57,584 nt of DNA from an uncultured virus (IMG/VR IMGVR_UViG_3300024297_000002) (IMGVR_UViG_3300024297_000002); one strand, 5' to 3'. Counted from the stretch's first letter, positions 1 through 10,752 are shown. Notes: a model not told the origin generated them from the sequence alone. Translations and numbers: made by a program.

Positions 1-167
1 TTGATAATATTTGCAACCTGTCTAGTCATATCTCCGTATACTACCGGAACTTGACGTAGATTAACTTCGCCGTTTTTCCCTTTTCCTTGCTCTATAGAAA
101 AATTACTCAATACTCTAATAAATTGAGTTACAAATTTTCTAACTTGTCCTTCGTAAAAGTGTAACAT
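1..167 (-). CDS. Tail sheath stabilizer/terminator (T4 gp15-like), N-terminal part, runs off window
   Basis: Hand translation MLHFYEGQVRKFVTQFIRVLSNFSIE...RQVPVVYGD resembles the gp15 N-terminus (FY...R...F...VP..Y); lies downstream of the neck gene. Confidence 0.7.
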   Translation of the reverse strand, partial: MLHFYEGQVRKFVTQFIRVLSNFSIEQGKGKNGEVNLRQVPVVYGDMTRQVANII

Positions 168-169
168 TC

Positions 170-1339
170 TTAATTGTCAGCCTTTGGTTTTAATGCATCT
201 GATAATGATTGTCGTTGTTCAACTGTTAAACCGTTAATTGTTTTTGTTCCAGATGTATTAGTAAATTGTGTTTTGAAATTTTTTCTTGTGTCGTTGTTTG
301 TTGTTGTTAATCTAATTGAATCTTCTACCTTTATCCATCTTGTACCATCATAACGGAATAATCTATTAGGCAAAAAGTCTGTTCTTAAGAAGTAATCACC
401 TTTGTTCTTGTCTGTTGCCGGGAAAGAAGTACCAAACCCTGATGGATAACCATTTGGTGCAACACCGTCGCCGTCATAATAAAATCCATAAGAAGAACTT
501 GCTGGTGTATCTATGGTTGAATTAACAGGTTTATCGTTTGATACTCTGTCTGAATTGTTATTAACATTATCAGTTCTCACATTACCTTTTTCATCAATAG
601 GAGTAACATAATATTGCTTATAATTAAATCCTGATTTGGGTGCATCTGCTTCTGCTTGATTTATTATTGCATCGTTTATTTCTTTTTCTTTGTTAAATGA
701 ACTCATGTAACTTGCAAGAGATCCTGTGTCTTTTGCATCACCTAATATATCTTTAAATTCTTGTGAATCTACTAGGGTTTTCATTTTTAATCTTAATAGG
801 TGTGGCCACCAAGTTTGTGAAAATCCTTCTGCCGCTCTGTTTACATCTTCTACAACATAAAATCTTTTTAATGCAATTGGTATATTTTTATCTAAAGAAA
901 AATCATCTTTCATGTGAGGGAATTCTATAACATCACCACTCATTGGTTTTCTACCTAATCTTTCAACTGTATCATTTAAATGAACTGTTAAAAATAACGT
1001 ATCGTTCTGTAAGAACATTCCAAACTGAGACAAATTAAAATCAGCATCTTGTACATTATAAATTCCTCTAATTGTGTAAACATCAGGAGAATATTTTCTA
1101 TCTCTGTTTTCTAAAAATAATAAATCTTGTATTGTTAATTCGTTAATTTCGCTACCAGCATAATTAGGTTGAGTAGGGGAAGCATTTCCGTCTTTTTGCA
1201 GTTCTCCCTGGTCATACGGTCCTAAATACTTGTGAATATTTAGGTCAGTTCCGCCGACCTGAAACATCTCATTTATGTTACGATCGTGAAATTTGTAATC
1301 GTTTCCTTTTTCTGGTTTGAATAAAGATAATCTTGGCAT
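170..1339 (-). CDS. Neck/head closure protein (T4 gp14-like)
   Basis: Start moved to MPRLSLF, 8 nt after TAAATA; L..FG.F, GRKPMSGDVIEFPH and FYVVEDV motifs; divergent from the gp13-like gene. Confidence 0.7.
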   Translation of the reverse strand: MPRLSLFKPEKGNDYKFHDRNINEMFQVGGTDLNIHKYLGPYDQGELQKDGNASPTQPNYAGSEINELTIQDLLFLENRDRKYSPDVYTIRGIYNVQDADFNLSQFGMFLQNDTLFLTVHLNDTVERLGRKPMSGDVIEFPHMKDDFSLDKNIPIALKRFYVVEDVNRAAEGFSQTWWPHLLRLKMKTLVDSQEFKDILGDAKDTGSLASYMSSFNKEKEINDAIINQAEADAPKSGFNYKQYYVTPIDEKGNVRTDNVNNNSDRVSNDKPVNSTIDTPASSSYGFYYDGDGVAPNGYPSGFGTSFPATDKNKGDYFLRTDFLPNRLFRYDGTRWIKVEDSIRLTTTNNDTRKNFKTQFTNTSGTKTINGLTVEQRQSLSDALKPKADN

Positions 1340-1383
1340 ATCACACATATTTATTGAAAGCGAACCATGTGGTAAATATGTAT

Positions 1384-2145
1384 ATGTCAGAATTACAAAC
1401 AGGTCAACAAGAGATATTTGATTACGTTAAAAACAGCCTTGGTGAAGGTATGATTGACGTTGAATTGGATCCTAAACATTATCAAACTGCTTTAGAAAGA
1501 GCAATAAACAGATACAGACAAAGATCATCAAATGCTGTTGAAGAATCGTATGCTTTTTTAACACTAAAGAAAAACGAAAACACTTACATTTTACCAGATG
1601 AAGTAATTAACGTAAGAAAGTTATTTAGAAGAACAGTAGGTTCAAGAACTGAAGGCGGAGAAGGTGGAACATTGTTTGAACCATTTAACCTTGCATACAC
1701 AAATACGTATTTGTTAAGAGCAGGAGCAACAGGCGGACTTGCTACATATTTTGCTTTTGCATCATACCAGGAATTAGTGGGAAAATTGTTTGGAAGTTTC
1801 ATACAATTCCATTGGGACGTAGCAACTAAAAAACTTACAATAACACAAAGACCAAGAGCAGACAACGAAACTATACTAATGCACACTGACAACTATAGAC
1901 CAGACATAACATTGTTCAAAGATATCTATTCTAAACCATGGATCAGAGACTATACTTTGGCAGTTGCAAAAACTATGTTAGGTGAAGCAAGAGGAAAATT
2001 TAGTACTATTGCTGGACCACAAGGTGGCACAACACTTAACGGAGAAGCCTTAAAAGCAGAAGGCCTAGCAATGATGGAAAAACTTGATGCAGAGATTAAC
2101 GAATTTGCAGATGGCGGGACACCACATAGTTTTGTTATAGGTTAA
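1384..2145 (+). CDS. Neck protein (T4 gp13-like head-tail adaptor)
   Basis: LGEGMIDVEL, WIRDYTLAVAK...GEARGKF, GGTTLNG motifs; ATG 5 nt after TAAATA (1373-1378). Confidence 0.85.
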   Translation: MSELQTGQQEIFDYVKNSLGEGMIDVELDPKHYQTALERAINRYRQRSSNAVEESYAFLTLKKNENTYILPDEVINVRKLFRRTVGSRTEGGEGGTLFEPFNLAYTNTYLLRAGATGGLATYFAFASYQELVGKLFGSFIQFHWDVATKKLTITQRPRADNETILMHTDNYRPDITLFKDIYSKPWIRDYTLAVAKTMLGEARGKFSTIAGPQGGTTLNGEALKAEGLAMMEKLDAEINEFADGGTPHSFVIG

Positions 2146-2177
2146 TTCCATATTAATCTTTTTTAAATACTAACACT

Positions 2178-2381
2178 ATGCCTAAAGTAAGTGTAAATGT
2201 AGATTCAGGAGACGAACGTTGTAGACGTTACAGCGATCTAAGACCTGATGAATTAGAACACATGGTAAAGCATTTGGAAAATGATGCCAAAAGAGCCAAA
2301 AGTGATCCACACCTAAGAAGACAAGTTTTAGGTGCTGTCCAAGAAGCAAAAGAAGAGATTGCAAAAAGAATAAAAAGATAG
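2178..2381 (+). CDS. Hypothetical protein
   Basis: 67-aa ORF, 8 nt after TAAATA (2164-2169). Confidence 0.55.
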   Translation: MPKVSVNVDSGDERCRRYSDLRPDELEHMVKHLENDAKRAKSDPHLRRQVLGAVQEAKEEIAKRIKR

Positions 2382-2393
2382 TATACTCTACAA

Positions 2394-3008
2394 ATGCTTA
2401 TAGGTATTTGTGGTTTAATAGGTTCGGGTAAAGGCACAGTTGCGGACATACTCGTAGAAAAACACGGATATCAAAAAGACAGTTTTGCCAAAAGTTTAAA
2501 AGATGCAGTAAGTTCCATGTTCAATTGGGATAGGAAAATGCTTGAAGGCGATACTAAAGAAAGCAGAGAGTGGCGGGAAAAACCAGATGTTTTTTGGAGC
2601 AAACGTTTTGGCAAAGAAGTAACTCCTCGATGGGTACTACAATACTTTGGCACAGAAGTTATGCGTCAAGGAATGCATGATGCTATATGGGTTGATAGTT
2701 GTTTAGGTCGATATAAAGGTCAAAATACTGTCATTGCAGACACAAGATTTCCTAACGAAGTAAAACGTATAAAAGAAAACGGTGGAGTAATCTTACTAGT
2801 AAAAAGATTTAAAGATCCGGATTGGTTTACAAGTTATGTTGAAGGAAACGTAGAACCTAAAGGTATACATTCATCAGAATATATGTGGGCAAAATCAGAG
2901 TTTGATTATACTATCGAAAATAACGGAAGTTTAGAAAATCTAAATGTTAGAGTAGATGATATTATCCGTCAACTTCAAGATCTCCCACCGACCAACGAAG
3001 CCGCTTAA
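2394..3008 (+). CDS. Deoxynucleoside monophosphate kinase (T4 gp1-like)
   Basis: GLIGSGKGT P-loop, SFAKSLK, TPRWVLQYFGTE, DTRFPNE, HSSE. Confidence 0.9.
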   Translation: MLIGICGLIGSGKGTVADILVEKHGYQKDSFAKSLKDAVSSMFNWDRKMLEGDTKESREWREKPDVFWSKRFGKEVTPRWVLQYFGTEVMRQGMHDAIWVDSCLGRYKGQNTVIADTRFPNEVKRIKENGGVILLVKRFKDPDWFTSYVEGNVEPKGIHSSEYMWAKSEFDYTIENNGSLENLNVRVDDIIRQLQDLPPTNEAA

Positions 3009-3321
3009 CACTGGCTAATCGCTGGCAATTAGCACAAACAGTTTTTAAATTAGTATCTACAGCATTGTTTTTATTGCCGTCTATAAACAACACATCTAAC
3101 TGAATTTGCTCACGTGCTTTAAATCCACACAATTCGCACTTGGATTTTTTGCTATATCCAGAACGTTGCAACGGTGTAATACCGCCTATTTTGAGATTTT
3201 TCTTTTTCCGTAAACAAGCATCACAATGCCTACGCCAATATATCTTGGTACCTTTACGATACCCCATGGCTCTTGGATTTGTTTTACATTGTACGCACAG
3301 TGGCCTTAATTCAGCATTCAT
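2962..3321 (-). CDS. Zn-finger plus HNH-fold protein, probably catalytically inactive
   Basis: Several CxxC pairs; LDVLFIDGNKNN...NLKTVCANCQR matches an HNH motif without the histidines. Confidence 0.65.
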   Translation of the reverse strand: MNAELRPLCVQCKTNPRAMGYRKGTKIYWRRHCDACLRKKKNLKIGGITPLQRSGYSKKSKCELCGFKAREQIQLDVLFIDGNKNNAVDTNLKTVCANCQRLASVKRLRWSVGDLEVDG

Positions 3322-3455
3322 GTTAGTATTTAAGTCACCTATATAGGTACCAAAAAAGCATTTATTTTGCCGTAAAATACTTAATGACCGCTAAATAGTA
3401 TTAACATATTAAAAGAGAACAAATAATTTGTTTAATTGCAAGGAGACAAAATATT

Positions 3456-6400
3456 ATGGCAACACTAACTAGTCCAGGAGTAGCAGTAAGCGTCATAGAC
3501 GAGAGTTTTTACGTACCAGCAGATGCAGGTACTACACCTTTATTCATAGTTGCTTCAGCACAGGATAAAACATCAGGTTCAGGAAGTGCGACAGCATCAG
3601 GAACACAAACTACAAACGCAAACAATGTATATCTAATTACATCACAAAGAGAATTAACAGAGACTTTTGGAGATCCAAAATTCTACACAGATGCATCAGG
3701 AAATTCACTAAATGGTTACGAACTAAATGAGTACGGTTTACAAGCGGCATACTCATTCTTAGGAATTGCCAACAGAGCATATGTGTTAAGAGCAAACATT
3801 GATCTAAACGATTTAATGGGAAGTTCTTCTGCACCAACTTCAAACCCAACAGATGGAACTTATTGGTTCGACCTTGCATCATCATCTTTTGGTATATTTG
3901 AATGGTCAGCAACTAACCAAAAATTTATAACAGTAACTCCAACGTTGATTACAAAACTTACTGACCTAGTAGGTGATGTGGCAACTGGAGCACCAAAACC
4001 TCATATTGGAACAATTGGTGATTACGCAATCAACACAACACACAATTCAAACAAGATCTACTACAAAAACGATAGTGGAACTTGGAGACACGTTGGATCT
4101 ACTGGTTGGCATACATCACACGCAACAATTACTTCAACTGTAAGCAATGGTACAATTACATCAGGACATTCAATTACAATTAACGGTTCAAACGTATCAT
4201 CTAGTTCAACTACATTTGCTAACATGGCGGCACAAATTAATGCGGCGTCAATACCAGGTGTTACAGCGGCAGTTGATGCAACAACAGGTTACTTGGAAAT
4301 ATTCTCAGATGGAACTTCAAAATCAAATGGTTCTGTTTTAGATGGCAAAATTACTATTGCTAACAACTCAGGAACACTTTTAACTGATATCGGTTTAACA
4401 GCAGGAACATCTGCAAGTCCAGAGTTTTTACAAGCACCACACACATCAAGACCAGAGTGGAAATCAGCAGACACAACTCCAAGACCTAATGGATCTGTTT
4501 GGTTTAAATCAACTTCACCTAACTCAGGTGCAGATATGAAAGTTAAACTTTACAGTTCATCATCAGCGGCATATTCAAGTGTTGCGGCACCGTTGTATGC
4601 AACTAACCATTCAGCACTTGCTAATTTAGATCCATCAACAGGTGGAACTGCAATTAAGGCTGGAACGTTATACGCACAATACAATGTTACTGAAGAATCA
4701 GGATTCGACAGTTTACCTAACGTTGCTGATTTTACATTCATGAGATACGAAGGTGGAAAAACAGAAGTACAATCAAAACTTACACACAGAACTGGATTAC
4801 AAGGAACATTCACAATCCAAGAATCTACAAAAGGTTCAGAAACTTTATCAAGTGCGGTAACTGTTACAGTTACTAACTTGGACGGTTCTACAATCGCAGA
4901 CCAAAACGACTTTGTTGCGGCAGTTAACTCAGCAGGTTTAACAAACGTAAGTGCAGAAGTTGTAGCATCAGGACAATATGCAGGTGCTATTAAATTTACT
5001 CACTCACTAGGTGGTGATTTTAGAATGGTTGATACACAAGGAACTCCACTTGCAACAGCAGGTTTCAGTTCAGCAACAGCACACAGTTACGGAACGTATA
5101 CAGCAAACTCAACTTCATTGATTGATAACTTATACGATGCACCAACTGGTGAAGCATTAGACTCATCGGCTAACAATGCAGTTGTTGGATCTAACTTTAG
5201 AAGATTATCATACACAGCGTCATCTAGCCAACCTTCAAATGAAGCAGTAGCAGGTACTTTATGGTACAACACAAACTTAGATGCAGACATCATGGTACAC
5301 AACGGAACAACTTGGAAAGGTTACGCAGAAGTTTATTCTACAACTGATCCAAATGGTCCACAATTTTCAGCAGTTGAACCAACTAAACAATCAGATGGTA
5401 CAGCACTTGTAAATGATGACTTATGGATTGATACTTCAGACTTAGAAAACTATCCAAGACTTTACAGATGGAACACATCTGCAACAATTACTAATTCAAC
5501 TTCGGGTGTAGCAGTAACTACTACTGGACCTGCTTTTGAATTGGTTGATAATACGGACCAAACAACTGAAAACGGTATTGTTTTTGCAGACGCTAGATAT
5601 CATACTGCGGCTAACAGAACAGATAGCACATCAGCAGGCGGTGTTGGTACAGCAAGTTCAATTAAAGATCTTTTAAGTGATTCTTTCTTAGATCCAGATG
5701 CACCAAATCCTAAATTATATCCTAAATCAATGTTGTTATGGAACACAAGACGTTCAGGTTACAATGTTAAAGAATACAAAAACAGTTACATTACAACTGC
5801 GGCGTATCCAGGTTCAGGATCAACTGGATTAGGTAACATCAGATACAGTAACGAATCAGTTTCTACATACCACCCGGACAGATGGGTTTCTAAAAACTCA
5901 ATCAACGCAGACGGTTCAGGTTGTTTTGGAAGAAAAGCACAAAGAAAAGTTATTACAGCACAAGTTAAATCAACAATTGATACTAACCAAGCAATTAGAG
6001 AAGACCAAAGAGGATTCAACGTTATGGCTTGCCCTGGATATCCAGAAGCAATTTCAAACTTATTGAATCTAAACGCAGACAGAGGTTACACTGGCTTTAT
6101 AGTTGGAGATACTCCAATGAGATTAGAAGGTACTGCAACAGCAGTTTCTAACTGGTCAGCAAACTCGGCTGGAGCGGCAGACAACGGTGAAGACGGTCTA
6201 GTAAGTGCAAGTGAGTACTTGGGTGTGTTTTATCCATCAGGAAAAACTACTTCAAATACAGGTAAGTCAATTATTGTTCCACCATCACACATGATGATGA
6301 GAGTATTAGCGAACAACGACAATTTAGCATATCCTTGGTTTGCACCAGCAGGTACAAGAAGAGGTATTGTTGACAACGCAACAGCAGTTGGATACATTGA

Positions 6401-6881
6401 TGCTAAAGAAGGCGAGTTCCAAACAATGGCAATATCAGAAGGTATGAGAGATTCGATGCACACATCAAAAATTAATCCACTTACTTTCTTCTCAGGCGCA
6501 GGAATTATGAACTACGGTAACTTAACTAAAGTTGCGGCAAGTTCAACTTCAGCACTTGATAGAATAAATGTTGCTAGATTAACAGTTTACTTAAGAACTC
6601 AATTAGAGAGAATTGGTAAACCGTTTATTTTTGAACCAAATGATACAATTACTAGAAACGAAATCAAACAAGCAATTGAATCATTCTTACTAGAACTAGC
6701 AGGCCAAAGAGCAGTTTATGACTTCTTAGTAGTTTGTGATAGTACTAACAACACAGCAACTAGAATAGACAGAAACGAATTGTATGTTGATATAGCAATT
6801 GAACCAGTTAAATCAGTTGAATTTATTTACATACCATTGAGAATTAAAAACACAGGAGAAATCGGAAAATTAGGGTCTTAA
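3456..6881 (+). CDS. Contractile tail sheath protein with large insertion domains (gp18-like)
   Basis: SPGVAVSVIDES N-terminus; PPS, WFAPAGTRRG, DRINVARL, FEPND, P.KSVEFI C-terminus; AAGGAG SD. Confidence 0.95.
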   Translation: MATLTSPGVAVSVIDESFYVPADAGTTPLFIVASAQDKTSGSGSATASGTQTTNANNVYLITSQRELTETFGDPKFYTDASGNSLNGYELNEYGLQAAYSFLGIANRAYVLRANIDLNDLMGSSSAPTSNPTDGTYWFDLASSSFGIFEWSATNQKFITVTPTLITKLTDLVGDVATGAPKPHIGTIGDYAINTTHNSNKIYYKNDSGTWRHVGSTGWHTSHATITSTVSNGTITSGHSITINGSNVSSSSTTFANMAAQINAASIPGVTAAVDATTGYLEIFSDGTSKSNGSVLDGKITIANNSGTLLTDIGLTAGTSASPEFLQAPHTSRPEWKSADTTPRPNGSVWFKSTSPNSGADMKVKLYSSSSAAYSSVAAPLYATNHSALANLDPSTGGTAIKAGTLYAQYNVTEESGFDSLPNVADFTFMRYEGGKTEVQSKLTHRTGLQGTFTIQESTKGSETLSSAVTVTVTNLDGSTIADQNDFVAAVNSAGLTNVSAEVVASGQYAGAIKFTHSLGGDFRMVDTQGTPLATAGFSSATAHSYGTYTANSTSLIDNLYDAPTGEALDSSANNAVVGSNFRRLSYTASSSQPSNEAVAGTLWYNTNLDADIMVHNGTTWKGYAEVYSTTDPNGPQFSAVEPTKQSDGTALVNDDLWIDTSDLENYPRLYRWNTSATITNSTSGVAVTTTGPAFELVDNTDQTTENGIVFADARYHTAANRTDSTSAGGVGTASSIKDLLSDSFLDPDAPNPKLYPKSMLLWNTRRSGYNVKEYKNSYITTAAYPGSGSTGLGNIRYSNESVSTYHPDRWVSKNSINADGSGCFGRKAQRKVITAQVKSTIDTNQAIREDQRGFNVMACPGYPEAISNLLNLNADRGYTGFIVGDTPMRLEGTATAVSNWSANSAGAADNGEDGLVSASEYLGVFYPSGKTTSNTGKSIIVPPSHMMMRVLANNDNLAYPWFAPAGTRRGIVDNATAVGYIDAKEGEFQTMAISEGMRDSMHTSKINPLTFFSGAGIMNYGNLTKVAASSTSALDRINVARLTVYLRTQLERIGKPFIFEPNDTITRNEIKQAIESFLLELAGQRAVYDFLVVCDSTNNTATRIDRNELYVDIAIEPVKSVEFIYIPLRIKNTGEIGKLGS

Positions 6882-6909
6882 TTTTTTGGATAAATAGGAG
6901 AGAGAAACT

Positions 6910-7536
6910 ATGTCAATATCAACATTATCAAAATTTACAGTACCTTTAGCAAACGATCAAAGTGCTCAGTCACAAGGTCTGTTAATGCCGAAATTACAGT
7001 ATCGTTTTAGAGTTATTTTGGAAAACTTTGGAGTATCAACACCTAGATCCGAACTAACAAAACAAGTTGTTGATGTTACAAGACCAGATTTATCTTTTGA
7101 CCAAATTACTTTAGACGTGTACAACTCAAGAGTTTACATGGCAGGTAAACACACTTGGAACCCAATTACATTGAATTTAAGAGACGATGTAAACAATGCG
7201 GTATCTAAACTAGTTGGTGAACAGATCCAGAAACAATTTGATTTCTTTGAACAATCATCAGCGGCATCAGGTATTGATTACAAATTTACTGCAAGAACAG
7301 AAGTTCTTGATGGTGGACAAGGTGCATCAGAACCAACTGTTTTAGAAACATTTGAGTTATATGGTGCTTACATTGAATCAGTTAACTACAACACATTAGC
7401 ATATAACACTTCAGATCCAGCAACTATTACGTTGAACATCAGATATGACAACGCAATACAAACACCACAAGGTACTGGAATTGGAAGTGCTGTAACAAGA
7501 ACACTTGGTACACTTGCTACTGGTGGTGGACAATAA
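6910..7536 (+). CDS. Tail tube protein (gp19-like)
   Basis: Directly follows the sheath; PKLQYRFRV, AGKHTWNPITL, LYGAY...LNIRYD. Confidence 0.9.
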   Translation: MSISTLSKFTVPLANDQSAQSQGLLMPKLQYRFRVILENFGVSTPRSELTKQVVDVTRPDLSFDQITLDVYNSRVYMAGKHTWNPITLNLRDDVNNAVSKLVGEQIQKQFDFFEQSSAASGIDYKFTARTEVLDGGQGASEPTVLETFELYGAYIESVNYNTLAYNTSDPATITLNIRYDNAIQTPQGTGIGSAVTRTLGTLATGGGQ

Positions 7537-7553
7537 AGTTAGGAGTATAGAAA

Positions 7554-7907
7554 ATGGCAGGTCAAACTAGAATATTTGGACTAGGAGTAACAGCAGGAAC
7601 TCTTTACAGTCATGGTGCAAACGGTTTTAAACTAACTGTACAAAATGCCTCTAACTCAAACATAGATTTAAGAGCAGAAGACGACGCAGTCAACGAAGCA
7701 GTAGAAGAAATTATTGGGGAATTAAATCCTTTGATGTACTTCGTTGTTAATGACAACTCAGGTGTTATTCATTTAGTAATGGATAAAAATCACAACGCGG
7801 CGGATATTCAGCAAAGAGTAAGAAATTTAGGAACAGCAGTAGGACCAAATAACATTGATGTTACAGGTTCAGACTGTGTAGCGGCATCGTCAATAACGAT
7901 TGCATAG
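7554..7907 (+). CDS. Putative virion structural protein
   Basis: AGGAG SD; in line with sheath and tube before a terminator; codon usage like the virion genes. Confidence 0.55.
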   Translation: MAGQTRIFGLGVTAGTLYSHGANGFKLTVQNASNSNIDLRAEDDAVNEAVEEIIGELNPLMYFVVNDNSGVIHLVMDKNHNAADIQQRVRNLGTAVGPNNIDVTGSDCVAASSITIA

Positions 7908-7951
7908 AATTAGAGTAGCATTATAAATTACATTCGGCCTCCCGAATAAGG

Positions 7952-7979
7952 AAAAAGCGTCTTTATAGACGCTTTTTTT
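7952..7979 (+). terminator. Rho-independent terminator, possibly bidirectional
   Basis: AAAAAGCGTCT-TTAT-AGACGCTTTTTTT; preceded by a small hairpin ATTCGG-CCTC-CCGAAT (7932-7947). Confidence 0.85.
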
Positions 7980-7999
7980 GTGACTATAAATACAAGTGT

Positions 8000-9403
8000 A
8001 TGCCAAGTATCAATAATTTTTTAAAAGGATTCTCAGACGGCCTTCCAGGAATGAAGGATTACCGTCACGCATCTAGATTATATTTTGACGATAATTTTAA
8101 ATTAGCACCTAAACACAAATATCTTTACCATGTTGTTTTTGATTGTGATTGGTCAGTTACCGGTGTGTCAAAACCCTTTTCCAATAATGAAAAATTAGAA
8201 TTGAATATGTTGGTTAAAGCAATCGACTTGCCAAAATATAACATGAATGTCGATGAAAAAATTCAATATAATAAAAAAATGTATCTTGCAACAAGAATAG
8301 GATACGAGCCTGTTAGTGTAACTTTTCATGACGACAATGCTGATACTGTAAATGCATTCTGGAAAACATATTACGAACATCATATAGCAGATTCAATAAC
8401 TACAAATCCTGCTATGCGTACTCAAAACAAAGACACACAATACGATGCCAAACTTACTACAACACAATTTGGTATGGATACTGCAACAAAAAGAAAGAAA
8501 CCTTTTTTAAGAGGAATTGACATTTTTGTTCTACACAAACAAAGATTTACATCGTTTAGTTTAATAAATCCTGTAATTGGTTCTTGGGCACACGACACAT
8601 TAGATCAAGCAGACGGTCAAGGATTATTACAAAACTCAATGCAAGTTTTTTATGAAACAGTTTTATATAACACAGGACTAGTTAAAGGTGGTGGAGTACC
8701 AGGATTTGCTAGTTTGCATTACGATAATTCACCGTCACCATTATCTGTGCTAGGTGGTGGTACAAGTTCTATATTTGGTCCTGGAGGTATTGTTGATGGT
8801 ATTGGTTCTGTTATGGGCGATGTTCAAAACGGAAGAGTTGGATTAGGCACAATTCTAAAAGGTATTAACACTTACAACAATGCTAGAAAAATAAAAAATG
8901 CCAAAGGACAATTAAAAGAAGAACTTGGCGGAATAGTAAAAGACGAGATAGGAAAAATAGGAGAGTCTGCTGGAACTATTGCTAACCCAATTGGAGACTT
9001 TTCAGTAGGTAATGCGGCAACCACAGCAGTATTGGCAGGAACAACCATTGCCGCGGCAAAAGGATTAATTGACGGGAAGAATAATGATAACACAGTTGTA
9101 CATAACACTACATTAAACACAGAAGTATATCTAACACCTAGTGAAAGTTTTGACATTGTTACAAACAATCCTAATATAAAAAATCAAATTGCATCAAATA
9201 TGTATTACAAAGATGTTGGAAGTAGAAAAGGTTTAACAGTTGCCGAAAGTGATGTTGAGTTTGCTTCTTCGTCTGACAGTGTAAAAAATGTTTATAACAA
9301 CAAAGCAACTTCAAATGTTACAAAACTTGTTAACGAAGGATATATTAAAATTGATAGAAACTCTTCTGACGTATCTATCTCAACAGAAAGTCAAGGTATA
9401 TAA
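8000..9403 (+). CDS. Tail tube-like baseplate/tube initiator protein (gp54/gp48-like)
   Basis: LVKAIDLPKY...YEPVSVTFHDD...LINP.I tube-fold pattern; TATAAATA 7 nt before ATG. Confidence 0.65.
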   Translation: MPSINNFLKGFSDGLPGMKDYRHASRLYFDDNFKLAPKHKYLYHVVFDCDWSVTGVSKPFSNNEKLELNMLVKAIDLPKYNMNVDEKIQYNKKMYLATRIGYEPVSVTFHDDNADTVNAFWKTYYEHHIADSITTNPAMRTQNKDTQYDAKLTTTQFGMDTATKRKKPFLRGIDIFVLHKQRFTSFSLINPVIGSWAHDTLDQADGQGLLQNSMQVFYETVLYNTGLVKGGGVPGFASLHYDNSPSPLSVLGGGTSSIFGPGGIVDGIGSVMGDVQNGRVGLGTILKGINTYNNARKIKNAKGQLKEELGGIVKDEIGKIGESAGTIANPIGDFSVGNAATTAVLAGTTIAAAKGLIDGKNNDNTVVHNTTLNTEVYLTPSESFDIVTNNPNIKNQIASNMYYKDVGSRKGLTVAESDVEFASSSDSVKNVYNNKATSNVTKLVNEGYIKIDRNSSDVSISTESQGI

Positions 9404-9780
9404 TGGCAAATAATTTTTATTCAAATTTACCGTCTGCAGAAGAAGACAAACTAAAACAAACAATAAAAACATTAGAACACGACGACGAAAGTGCTTTTGA
9501 ATTTAACGTTGGTGATTATGATACAGCGATTGCGTTTTTTGTTAAAAGAGGATTTGAACGTGCTTCAGCAGAACAACTAGCATATATTATTTTAAGACAA
9601 GCAAAAATTGATGACGTTAATCCTCAAGAAGTAATTCAAAAATTAGGAAATGCAAATCCTGTTGAATTATCCGAAGTAACACAAATGATTTTAAATTCTA
9701 CTAGATATAAATCTAGTCGTTTAGGAACAAGACAGACTAAAAAAACAAAAACTTCTGTATCTAGAAATATAGTAGGATAG
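9403..9780 (+). CDS. Hypothetical protein (virion module)
   Basis: Translationally coupled ORF (TAATG overlap). Confidence 0.6.
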   Translation: MANNFYSNLPSAEEDKLKQTIKTLEHDDESAFEFNVGDYDTAIAFFVKRGFERASAEQLAYIILRQAKIDDVNPQEVIQKLGNANPVELSEVTQMILNSTRYKSSRLGTRQTKKTKTSVSRNIVG

Positions 9781-9784
9781 CATC

Positions 9785-10225
9785 ATGGCTATGAGATTTG
9801 CAAGAGGAAAATATAGCCTCAAAAATCCAGAAAAGTATATTGGAATTAAAACACCCACCTACAGAAGCAGTTGGGAACACGCATTTATGAGATTATGCGA
9901 TGAACATCCTAACGTGGCAAAGTGGGCAAGTGAATCAATAAAAATTCCTTACAGACATCCTATAACAGGAAAATTTACAATATATGTGCCAGATTTTTTT
10001 ATTGTTTACATAGATAAAGATGGAAAAAAACACGCAGAATTAATTGAAGTAAAACCAGCGGCACAATCATCAATGGAAAAAGCAGGAAAGAGCAGAGGTA
10101 AGCAGATGCAAGTAGTAGTTAATACTGCAAAATGGGAGGCCGCTAACGCCTATGCTAAACAGAACAGAGTTACGTTTAGAGTGGTTTCAGAAGAACAATT
10201 ATTCCACAATGGTAATCGTAAATAA
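9785..10225 (+). CDS. Head completion nuclease (T4 gp4-like, PD-(D/E)xK)
   Basis: KNPEKY, YRSSWE, WASE, YVPDF, IEVKP, NTAKWEAA. Confidence 0.9.
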   Translation: MAMRFARGKYSLKNPEKYIGIKTPTYRSSWEHAFMRLCDEHPNVAKWASESIKIPYRHPITGKFTIYVPDFFIVYIDKDGKKHAELIEVKPAAQSSMEKAGKSRGKQMQVVVNTAKWEAANAYAKQNRVTFRVVSEEQLFHNGNRK

Positions 10226-10230
10226 TTGCA

Positions 10231-10752
10231 ATGACAAAGAAATTAGAAGACATACTCAATTTACCAAATGTTAAAGAAGCATTTACAAAAGTTGACGAAA
10301 AAGAAAAAGAGAAAGAGTCTAAAAATAACGGTACATCTGCACCTAAAAATGTAGATCCTCAAACTGCTACTGCACTTGAAAAAACATACAAAGAGTTTGA
10401 TAAGATTTCTGCATCTTTGCCAGCAGTAAAAGGATTAGGTGAATTATCTGATTTAGAGTTAGACAAGTTGGCCGGAGAAGCAGAGGATTCATATAAAAAT
10501 TTAATGGATTTAGGAATGAATGTTGACTCTCGTTATTCAGGACGTATATTTGAAGTAGCGAGTACTATGTTGCGTAATGCCATTGATGCTAAATCTAGCA
10601 AGATAGATAAGAAACTGAAAATGGTTGAACTACAACTGAAGAAAGCAAAACTGGACAAAGACGGTGATACAGGCCCAGAACCTGTTGAATCGGAGGGTAT
10701 GATCATATCTGACCGTAACGAATTAATGAAGAAACTATTGAAAAAAGGCTAA
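10231..10752 (+). CDS. Putative terminase small subunit (gp16-like)
   Basis: Helical protein with R.FEVA..ML segment similar to the gp16 core; packaging neighbourhood. Confidence 0.55.
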   Translation: MTKKLEDILNLPNVKEAFTKVDEKEKEKESKNNGTSAPKNVDPQTATALEKTYKEFDKISASLPAVKGLGELSDLELDKLAGEAEDSYKNLMDLGMNVDSRYSGRIFEVASTMLRNAIDAKSSKIDKKLKMVELQLKKAKLDKDGDTGPEPVESEGMIISDRNELMKKLLKKG

